DNA from: Takakia lepidozioides
Taxonomy: Eukaryota; Plantae; Bryophyta
DNA length: 64,000 bases
NCBI GenBank assembly: GCA_030704615.1
Contig: CM060732.1
Location: forward strand, 25,234,001-25,298,000
Reading direction: 5' to 3'
Shown: positions 1 through 10,085 of the stretch, piece by piece
Layout: each line of letters begins with the position of its first letter
Position numbering within the stretch: position 1 is the first letter of the stretch
Notes under the pieces: model-generated
Told to the model about the DNA's origin: nothing
The model's input: only the letters and a program-made list of their open reading frames with translations
Databases searched by the model: none
Program-made: the position numbers and the translations under genes

Positions 1-3000
1 CCGCCGTCCGGTTTCATTCGGGCTGGCGACACATGGCTTTCCTGGATACGTACCCTAAATCTGATGCTAATCTTGGCTTAACATGCTATTCGAGGCATGT
101 ACCCCAAAAACGGAGATCTTTTTCCATTTTGGCTGGGACTTATGCCGCCTGAAGGGCGTGGCTCTCCTGAGAGAGACCTCACATCCAGACCGCGGCGGAA
201 GGTGAAAGCTCTGTACTACGACGACGGCCAATCTCTCGCATGGCCAAACTAAAGCTCCAGCAGGAGATTCCAGTGTCTTGCTCACAACCCGCCAACTGAA
301 GCCGAGTACTCTCAGGCAAGCACTTCTGCTTTCGCTTTGTTTGCTTTCGCTTCGCTTTCGCTTTGTTGCCTCGCTTTGTTTTTGCATCTTCATCCTGGCT
401 TCGCTGGATGAGTGAACCTTAGATAGTTGAGTGAACCTTAGATTGTTTGCAATGCGTGTGCAAATCCGGCAGCTCTGGAGAAGGCTGCTTGTGCATATCA
501 TTCTCAGGCAATGGTTTGCATTTGTTTCATTGTTGTTGCATGGCTCTCCATACTTCCTAAACTTGTTATGTTTTTCATTTTTGTTACGATTGTTGCTATT
601 GGTGGGCGATGTTGGTTTGGCACCGATGTTGGTTCTCACGATTTTGGGAATGACAGAGTGACGACGAGCCCGACACGCTGGTGGTATCATCGACTGCTGC
701 AACTCATCGCATGTTTGAACCGCCCACCTTGGAGCGAGAGGGCAAACTTCAACCTTTTGTTGGTGGACGGGAGGGACCTGCAGCAAGAGTACGACAGAAT
801 AGGCATTGGGGAGGTTGGTGCAGGCCTCATGGCAGGTGAAGGGCGTGAGGAAGTGAGAACAGCAGATCCGGCAATGGAGGTTGTTGATGCAGAAGCAGTA
901 GGGCCCGTCCAAGCAAAGAAGAAGAAGAAAGCCAAGCACGTGCAATCCCCGGCGCGAGAGCCGTCACGGGCTGCGGAGGGGGGAGTTCGCAGTGCGCGCG
1001 AGGGGTGTCAGTTCGCCTACCTCAAAGGTGGTCGTCCATCCGGGCTCCCCTGCTGCTAGCCCTAATAAGAAACATAAAGCCCGTGAGAGGGCAAAAGAGA
1101 GGGCAAAAAGAACGGGCAAGACACAAGCTAGCCAGGAGGAAAGAGAAAAGGCCACTGAAGAGGCCAGGGGTTCCGAACTGACAGATTCCCATGTAAGTGA
1201 GGGACGCACAGAGACGGTGGATCCTCCAAGATACCACAAAGAGGCAGCACACACACCGGTTAGACCATCGCGGGCAAGAGCAGCCCCTGCAATTACCCAT
1301 ACGGTGGAGAGTGGAGGAGAGGAAAGAACACCAGAAAGAGCACGGATGTTGCAAGTTCGAGGTGAAGAAGCCGGAGAGGGCAGTTAGTAGAGACGGGGAG
1401 AGTGCTGGAGGTGGTTTCACAGGTGGCTGACCCCTGTTGAGGAGGACGACAGGGAGCTTTCTGACCAGGATGACATCCTCCCGGACATCCCCAGGCCCCA
1501 AACCCGGAGCATACAGGCTGGATTTGGCGGTCCTGGTGGGCTGCCGGAAAAACCCCTCTGCAGCAGACGTCATGTCGGAGGCGGATATGAAGGTGGCCGC
1601 TGCCAAGATGTTGGAGGCAACCCACAGCAACATTGGCAGGGTGCTGGGGGGCATGGTGTACCGGCCAAGCTTCGAATTCCCCTTTGCCGCTTGGTGTCAT
1701 TGCAGGTGGTGAGACCTGCCCTCCCCGGCGATATCGACAAGCTGAAATTCTCTTTCGGGATGGATATCGAATGGGGTCTGCCGCGTTTTACGTTTCCATT
1801 GAGAACGACCACGGAGCTTCCCGTGCCCACACTTCCGATGAGGTGGACAAATGGGGGTTCCCATTGGCAAACGCGAAATGAGGAGTTCGAGAGATCGATT
1901 GCTAGTGATCCTCTTTTCCAGCACTTGTCCGGTAAGATGTTCTACGTGTGGGACGGCAATCATCGCCTCCTGGCATGGATGGAGCACATTGCCCAAGCCC
2001 ACCCCAACGACCTCGATTGGCATTTCGCCGTGGAGTGTGTTGTGTGAAGGTTGCGGTTGCGGGGCCCAAAGATCGCAGTCTCCTCAAAAGCTGCAATGGC
2101 GGACATCAACTCGTAAGTTACAAACGCCTCTCGCTTCTGGACTTTGAAATTGGAAGTCATTTCATTGCGAATCCTATATATGATGAAAATTCCCATTTCA
2201 GTATTGTTTGATGGAAATGTGGCACTGCAGGGTGACTGAGAATGCCTTCATTGCCACCAACTTGTCCCATATGCTCTTCCGAGTGAAAGATGTCGGGAAG
2301 CAGGGGGTGCAAGAGTTTGCCAATTCCCTCAGTGCCGACCTCTTGCGCAAGTCGGAGGCAAAGGTAGACAGAACCTGATATAGGCTGAGCGTCGACGCCA
2401 TGGTGGACTACATATTTCGGGTAAAGTTCCTAACAGTTTTGTTGAGCTAATCTGTCACTCCTCCCCCAATAGAAGAAAAGGTCTTCACCGTGATTTCTAA
2501 TCTCCTCCCCAATAGAAGAAATTGTGTTGAGCAGGATCTCTAATCTTATGTGCGCATTCTTGACAGACGAAAATACAGCAGGATTGGCACATGAGCGGAG
2601 GTTCTACATGGAGTCAGAGGAGAAAAATCAACCCTCCCGGCACTCGAATCGTATGTCAAAGCTGCGGAGTGAGGGCCCGCATAAAGTACAAGTCGCGGAT
2701 GGTAAAGTACGTGGCCATAGCTGATCCCGCCCTTGGTGCCGACTTTCTGGTGGAGGTGGGGAAGCACTACTCTCGCGCTCTGAAGCCCACAATGACATTG
2801 GAGAAGCTCCATCGTCTAGCCACATCCTATGTGGATGCAACAGAAAAGGTGATACATTCTTAACCAAATTGTGGTGGCAACAACTCTTTTTTGTGGTGTT
2901 GGGCGCTACGAATATGCTGGGTGGTTGGACAGACCCGGTGGCTCCAAATCTGGAATGGTTCCCAAAGTACCAGGGACATGTGGAGCTTCCCCAAACCGGA

Positions 3001-3439
3001 CAAACTCTCTGACCCCACATTCGACATGTGGATGAACCGCATGACATGGTGGTTTCAGGTACTTCCCCACGCTTCGTTTGGGGCTTCTACTCTAGTAGGG
3101 GGGGTGGATTCATTGTATTTTTTCAGGAAAGCGATCTGATAGAGAATCTTCACAGGTGACGACGAATGCACAAGAGCAGCTGGACACACAAGCACATCAG
3201 TTCAAGATGAGAGAGAAATGCTTTTGCAGCAGAGAGCCTACGCGACTATGTGACGAGGTACTTTCTGCTCTACAAAACCAACCTATTCTTTCGGGAGATA
3301 GTAGATGCTCGCCAGAGCCACGAGTTCACCGACCAGCCGAACGCGGACAAAGCAGCAATGCGCCTTCTGTACAGGTACATACGCGTTGCCTTTCTTTCAA
3401 GTCCTTGCATTTCAGGATGTTAGAGGCCTCATGTGGTGT

Positions 3440-4300
3440 TAGGGAAATTGCGCCGAATTTCCAGTCAGGGCTCCGAAAATGGCTAAGTCCCTAGACTGGC
3501 TGGCCCTGAACTGGAAATTCGGGCGCCATTTTCCAGTTCTAGGCCCTATTGCCGTTCAGGGACTTAGCCATTTTCGGGCTAAGTCCCTAGACTGGCTGGC
3601 CCGGAACTGGAAATTCGGCGCCATTTTCCAGTTCCAGGCCCTACTGCCGTTCAGGGACTTAGCCATTTTCGGGCTAAGTCCCTAGACTGGCTGGCCCTGA
3701 ACTGGAAATTCGGCGCCATTTTCCAGTTCCAGGCCCTATTGCCATTCAGGGACTTAGCCATTTTCGGGCTAAGTCCTAGGGTGGCTGGCCCTGAAGTGGA
3801 AATTCGGCGCCATTTTCCAGTTGTAGGCCCTATTGCCGTTCAGGGACTTAGCCATTTTCGGGCTGTCCCTAGACTGGCTGGCCCCGAACTGGAAATTCGG
3901 CGCCATTTTCCAGTTAGAGGTCCTATTGCCGTTCAGGGACGTAGCCATTTTCGGGCTAAGTCCCTAGGGTGGCTGGCCTTGAACTGGAAATTCGGCGCCA
4001 TTTTCCAGTTCTAGGCCCTATTGCCGTTCAGGGACTTAGCCATTTTCGGGCTAAGTCCCTAGGGTGGCTGGCCCTGAACTGGAAATTCGGCGCATTTTTT
4101 CCAGTTCTAGGCCCTATTGCGGTTCTGGGACTTAGCCATCTTCGGGCCAAACCGGGAAAAATGGCGCCGAATTTCCAGTTCAGGGCTCCCAAGATGGCTA
4201 AGTCCCTAGGGTGGCAGTCACCGAAAACCGAAATTCGGCGCCATTTTTCCATTTCTAGGCCCACTCACATCCGCCCCAACCTGGGAAAATGGTGCCGAAT
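3440..4300. repeat. Tandem array of ~7 imperfectly palindromic ~95-bp monomers inside an intron
   Basis: Unit GGGCTAAGTCCCTAGACTGGCTGGCCCTGAACTGGAAATTCGGCGCCATTTTCCAGTTCCAGGCCCTATTGCCGTTCAGGGACTTAGCCATTTTC recurs at ~3481, 3576, 3671, 3766, 3860, 3953 and 4048. Inverted half-units lie at both flanks. Confidence 0.95.
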
Positions 4301-5162
4301 ATGCATTCAGGACCTCATTGTGTTTTCATGAATGCAGGTACTGCAAGTTCTCCCTTTTGGAGAAAGGTCATCTGTCTTTCGAGCCACCACTCTTCCTGGC
4401 ATGGAGGAACCCTGGGGCTGACTCCATGTACACTGACGATATTGTGAAGGAGTGGCATCTGGAACATTTGCGTGATTGCCCTTGGTATGTGGACCTTCCG
4501 CCCGGCTCGCTCGACCCATCCGAGTTTCAATTGAAGCTGGATGCTGAATTCCGACGAAACCGGGCTCCGCTGCCTCCGTTGGGTGCAAAAGAGGCAAAAA
4601 CGCTTGCGAACTCCAGGAAAGCGGCAGAGCTTGCTCAGGCAGGAATTCAGGAGAAATTGCATAAGAAGAGTAAAGGCCAAAGGAAAAGGACAAGGAAACA
4701 GGTGAGTGTAGTAACACCCAAAAAGAAGAAAAAACCATCGGGGCATCGGAGGAGGCGCAGGAGGGGACCCAAGAGAGTGACTCGGATGACAACTTTGTTC
4801 AAGGTCCTGCGACTGCTGTTGCTCCTACCCAGTCACCGGTAGTCCGCGTTCCCAAGTCAGTTCGGAGTGGGACTGGCTCTGCCAAGAAGTTGGCATTTGA
4901 GGGCGAGCCTACACGGCGGTATTCGGCGGTGACGCTTACGCACAGGCCAAAGCTAGAACCTCCAACCATCATCCAATGCGTCAATGAGAGCTTCCTTGAC
5001 GCTCTCGCTGCCAGGGCGAAGAAGGTGGCACACAACAAATCTCTAGCGGAGCAGAAGGGGAAAGCCAAGAAGAGGGCTGGCGGTACAGAGCCTAAAGACA
5101 CCCCTGGTTTTGAAGCCATGATGGAATTCTTCACGGCTGTGAGCACGGATTGCAAGAGCACT

Positions 5163-5163
<1 letters not shown>

Positions 5164-5195
<32 letters not shown>
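5164..5195 (+). repeat. Poly-G run (~32 nt)
   Basis: Uninterrupted G homopolymer in the sequence. Confidence 0.9.
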
Positions 5196-5196
<1 letters not shown>

Positions 5197-7158
5197 GAGG
5201 TGGGGGAGAGAGAGCTTGCGACATGATTCTCCTCGACATTCCAGATGGGAGCTGCTGGAGGGCCTGGATGGTGTGCCCACCTGGAACAGGTTTATTGAGA
5301 CTACTGGAAAGCGGGGGTTTGGGCTGGCGGGGGATGATTCTGGATGACGGTGGATGTGTGGTTGTCCTTGCCATGAAAGAGAAGACCACAGAGATGCGGT
5401 GACAAGGTGGACACCGAAAAGTGTCACCCCGGTCCTCCTCAAAAAATGGTTCTGCATCAGTACACAGGGGTTGCGAACAGAGGGCCAAAGTGTAAGTTAT
5501 CAATCTATTGCATTCACTTCATATTGTGGTGTATGTTAAGTAGACCTTGGAGTTGATCCCTTCTTTGTTGGATGTGCAGACATTGGTGTTTGAGGCATAT
5601 TGCTTTGTGAAGAGAGGGTCTACGTTCAAATTCCGCAACGACGGTCGTCTTGTTGATGCCGCTGTGGACCCTGTAACCTACGATGTCCTCTACAACTATG
5701 TGCCCCACTCCAGTATGCGAAGGACAAAAAGATAGGCAAACCGTGGCGGTACAGCCGGACCCGGAGCCCTGCTTTCATCCAAACCCTCATGGAGACGTGC
5801 TCGGATGTCCAAGGGCGGATCTGGATCTCACATGCGGCACGAGTAAGCCTTCACGTGCTCAGTTTGTCCCTGGCCCGATTGCAATTGCATTGCCGCAAGC
5901 TATTAAACCCGCCCGCTTTGTTCCTCAGGTGCTTCAATGTGGGCCGGGACGTTGTCCGACAGGCATGTGTTCGCCTTCGAGCCAGATACTGCCCTCCACA
6001 ACTCGGGAACTTGCAGCGGCTGAACGTCTGCCGAAAGAGGAAGAGGCATCCTTGGAGGATGAGGAAAAATCCGAGAAGGAGCAGGGGGAGGAAGTTGGGA
6101 TCGAGGCCGAGGAGCCCCCGGTTTACGAGTGAGTGGTGGCATTGTAAGTTGCCTCCAGATTTTGTGAGGCACCTCCCTTTGCTCTCTTATTTCATTGAAA
6201 ACCGTTTCTAGTTGTGCTGGTATTGACATTCTTGAAGTGGATTGTTCTTACTGTAGGATGCCAAGTACTGCCGGAGGGACGTCTACACCGGAGTTCATAG
6301 GCAGGAGGAACGTGCTTTTTTGCCAGGGGGGATTTCATGCCTAGTCCAGAAAGGGAGTACATCCTTCCTACTTATGCTGCCCGGCTTGCTTCGGTGTCCA
6401 TTAGGAGGTGTTCCGAACCTAGTCGTGTACAGCAGATTTTAGACGAGGCAAGCCTCAAGAAAATGAAGATGAGGGAGGAGGCAGCAGCTATTAGAGCCCG
6501 TCGGGCTCGTAGATTTGTCTTGGATACTGTTGAGGAAAGTGGGGGAGAAGACGCAGAAGATTCCCAGGAGGTGAGTCGGACAGTCCCCCAAGGAGAGGAC
6601 GGGATTTTTGAGAGGCATAGTGGAACTGATGCATCACAGAGCTTGGAGGATGAGGGGGATGAGGGGGATGACGAAGAAGGTGGGGCAAGTTCCTTGGAGG
6701 GTGTAGGAGAGTAGTGTCCATTCCGGCTATGACAGTTAGAACACACTTGTATAGACGTGGCTTGCCACAAAATTTGCAATAAAATGTTGCATTTCAAGTC
6801 CACTGGTGCCACATTCCAACTTCACATGACCCTATTTCCGTGCCTCCTAACCCTATTTCCGTGGACTCACAATGGTCTGCTCATGCTTTTTTTTTTTTCC
6901 GCTCATGCTATGCCGCTCATGAAATAGCAGCCCCCACCCACCCACATCTCTCTATATACGTACTTGTTGGGGGGGGGGGCAGTTCCGGAGGCCGGTTAAT
7001 AGCGAACGAGGGCCGAGAGCTTGAATAAAATAGCAAGAGGCATCTCTTGGCCCTCCAACAAATATAACACGAACGGGCAAAATGAAGAGAAGGAATGGGA
7101 GGGTTTGAATAAAGCAGGAGGGTCCTTTATAAGTAGCAAGCGCTGAGGCTTCATGCTG

Positions 7159-7276
7159 TGGTGCGGTCATACCAAGGCTACTACACCAGATCCCATCAGA
7201 ACTCTGAAGTTAAGCGCCTTTGGGCCGGAATAGTACTGGGATGGGTGACCTCCCGGGAAGTCCCGGTGCTGCACCC
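7159..7276 (+). rRNA. 5S: Cytosolic 5S rRNA gene (single copy)
   Basis: GGTGCGGTCATACCAAGGCTACTACACCAGATCCCATCAGAACTCTGAAGTTAAGCGCCTTTGGGCCGGAATAGTACTGGGATGGGTGACCTCCCGGGAAGTCCCGGTGCTGCACCC is full-length with a pairing terminal helix. TATAA lies at 7128-7132 (~-30) and a T5 Pol III terminator at 7303-7307. Confidence 0.97.
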
Positions 7277-7927
7277 ACGCGGAGCTGCCTGCCTGCCCCC
7301 TCTTTTTCCAAAACGTTTCTCTCTGCCCCCCCCCGCCCGCCCCTCCTTCCCCTCCCCACCACCTCCTCCCTCCACTTTCAAATATTTCCTTAGTCCCGAA
7401 GCCGCTCGCCAACTGTCATTTTGTGACTGTTTTAGAAACGACTTTTTTTGAAAATTGATTAGTTTGTGGAATTATTGTTTAGAGTGTTTGGCAACCTCTC
7501 TTGTTTGTGGAAGCCATGTAATAGTGAAGACTTTGAGAGGAGGAAACAAAAGTGGAGTGCAGCTGCTGTTATTGTTGTCTGCAATAGGTCCCTGATTTGG
7601 GAGTCTTGGGGATGAAACAGCTTCAGAGAAAGAAGAAGGAAAAACCTCTGATATTGTGCTTGGAGGATGCAGTACATTACTTCCTAACAAATATAGCAGC
7701 CTAAGCATTACACTGGTTTTGACTGATGATCATTTACTTGATTTAGCCCAATACAACATTTGCTGGTGGAGGTGGGATTCTGACAATGTTTCACAAACCT
7801 CAAAGCAGCTGTGTAGAGCACAACATGCAAAATGGGAGAGGGAAGAGAGGACAATGTACTCTGACAAATTTTGCTTGAACGAGCCTCGGGACAATAGACC
7901 CCAGTCTAGCGAGGAGAGAGTTCCAAC

Positions 7928-8017
7928 CTGATCTTCAGCATGAAAGGCACAACAGTTGAGAGTGTCATAATGGCCGGATAACTTTGATTGCAATCGCCCT
8001 GTCCACACATCATGTGC
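7928..8017 (-). pseudogene. Isolated exon of a CSA/ERCC8-like WD40 protein
   Basis: AG/GT-bounded 90-nt exon AHDVWTGRLQSKLSGHYDTLNCCAFHAEDQ resembles the last WD40 repeat of plant CSA proteins. No neighbouring exons are recognisable. Confidence 0.55.
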
Positions 8018-8406
8018 CTGCAACAGGAAATGCAGTCACGTTATCCAGTCTATACTGTAATACTGTTTACTATCTCATCCGTGATCTGATGAGAGACTGC
8101 TATGAAATATCTTGGAACCGAGTCAGAAATCAACTACCAGAATAGATGTAGTACTTGGAACCCATAATGGTTGTGAGGTGGGAGGTATGCTGCATTTGCA
8201 TCTATACCTGGTTGATTGTACACTCTCGATCCGCACCGGGAAATTTGACTTGGATCCACCACCCAGTTTCCTTCAGGCCTCCCATGGCAATTGTGAGCCT
8301 CCAATGTAAAAGGGAGTCCCAATAAGGGAGACGGTGATCAACCTGATTGCAGGGAGACCTCCCTAAGACGTGCAACCTGCTTGTGCCTGAAGATAAGCCA
8401 AGCAAT

Positions 8407-9351
8407 CTAGAACAGCTTTTTCTTGGTCCTTGGAGGGGCAGGTACAACACCCCACTTCTTGAGAACCTCTTCTAGGTCCTGGTCCAGATACTGCTCGTAG
8501 TATATGCAAATGAGGTCATTGGCAGAACGACCAGCGTTCAGAGCCCAAGGGCCATAGCCCGAAAAGCACAGCTCGCTTTCTCTGGTTTCAGGCGCCAGGA
8601 CGCACAAGCTACAGAGAGAAAGCAGATGGGCAGTAGTGTCTGCTGGAACTCCACCATCTTGAGGGCAAGCTCGCCCACCACACTTGTTGGACAATTGCAA
8701 AGGACATGCCACAAATCTCGCACCTGCGGCAACCATCCTGGTGGATCATCAAACTGCAATCACTGGCTCATTTGTGAATGGGGGAATTGAACAAGTGCTG
8801 ATTTGGTGCAAATTACTCTCGAGCGCGTGTGGCAACATAGGCCAGCTCCTCACTCTCCATGAAGCGGACTGGCGGGCGGTCGTCAGGTGAGAAGTTGCGA
8901 GAGCCCATGAATTTCGCATAGGCTGCTCCAAACGTGTTTGCAGGCATGTCCCATGCATGCTCCACTGCTGATGAAAATCACTCGAGGCCGATCCTTCAAA
9001 ATTTGCTGCCATGGTAGTGCAAACGAAGAAGGGGAGTATCAATACGATTGCTACATAATCCCAGATACTCTTGCCTTCTTCACTAGTTGCAAATGAGGGA
9101 GGAAAAGAGTGGGTGAGGGAAGGGAGAGAGAGAGATGAAGAGCCGTACTCTGCCTTCCGGTTCCTCTTCATTCGGTCCAAAAGGTTTTGGAAAGCAGGCT
9201 CTCCCGTTGTCTCACCAAGTGCCGCTACCAAATCCGCGGGATTCATGAATGCTCCCACTGCCGATCCAACTGCCACCACTGCCTGCCGCCGTCTGTTCAA
9301 TGGAACCCTAGCATCTTCACTCCCCTGCAATTCAGACCTTTCGCTGAACAT
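8407..9351 (-). pseudogene. COQ4: Ubiquinone biosynthesis protein COQ4, frameshifted 3-exon copy
   Basis: Segments [103 protein letters not shown] and VRDLWHVL...DLICIYYEQYLDQDLEEVLKKWG. There are 1-nt indels, a damaged donor site, and the HDxxH motif is altered to RDLWH. Confidence 0.9.
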
Positions 9352-10085
9352 GGGATCTTCTCTTCGCTTGAATTCCCAGTAACAGCCTCGGATTGATTGG
9401 AAAGGCCTCTCCAAGGCAAGGGCAGAAGGCTGTCGGGAAAGGTACGGGCGTTAGGGGTGCTTCATCAAGAAGACAGACTTGGAAATGAAAATCGGATGAT
9501 GGAAATGTAGCTCGTGGATGCAGGAGAGACAACACGGCGCAAGAGAGCTGCATTCTATATTCCCCTTTCTCTCTCTCTCTCTCTCTCTCTCAATTCTGCT
9601 GCCTTCCCCTACACATTCAAACACATTTGTGTGATGGGTACAAACCAACCCTTCGCCCCTCATTACCTCAAAACTGGTCAAGTCGTCGAGTTAGGAGCTC
9701 CCTCCGATTGAGAGTTGATTACTTGGAAAACTGATGCCCACAGACCAGGTTGGTACAATGCACCAGTTTATATACAGATGTGTCTGTGAGTGTGTAGGAG
9801 AAGTGTGTGAGCACTATGGTAGGATGTTCACAGATAGTGATTTTGGCTCTTGCACAGTATTCACTTCTTGCTCACATATCTGTCTCATTTCCTTTTTCCC
9901 AAGTTACAAACCCGTCTGGAAATGTCGACAAAAACACTTTCCATCATGGAAGTTCTTAGTTATCTTCAGATTTGTATGCATAATGTATGTACCGCGATTG
10001 TGGTACATCTTCAATTAAAGAAGCATCCAACTTCCTGCAGTGCTTTGGGGTCTCTGGTTCTACTATTTTTCACGGGGACATGTTT

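Larger units (their letters stand above)
657..6714 (+). pseudogene. Intron-containing ParB-like domain + beta-class N6A/N4C DNA methyltransferase fusion gene (disrupted; 5' end uncertain, may start upstream of 657)
   Basis: Manual spliced translation. ParB/Srx-like segment VVRPALPGDIDKLKFSF...GY...FYVWDGNHRLLAW (1707-1978). Motif IV-like CDMILLDIPDG (5217-5249), followed by ILDDGGCVVV. Next is FEAYCFVKRG..F, then motif X/I RSPAFIQTLMETCSDVQG..LDLTCGT (5762-5842), spliced over a GT-AG intron 5843-5928 to SASMWAGTLSDRHVFAFEPD. Several GT-AG introns (2113-2230, 3375-4337, 5492-5579). Many frameshifts and an in-frame TGA at 2376. Confidence 0.7.

Noticed and set aside
67-945. 292-aa minus-strand ORF
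   Set aside because: It is antisense to the plus-strand gene and passes through simple-repeat intron sequence, with no recognisable motif.
3440-4300. CRISPR-like array, or coding ORFs within the 95-bp repeats
   Set aside because: There are no unique spacers, since the whole unit repeats. The context is a eukaryotic intron with no cas genes, and the ORFs are repeat translations.
7158-7451. ORFs overlapping the 5S gene
   Set aside because: Incidental translations of rRNA and C-rich spacer.
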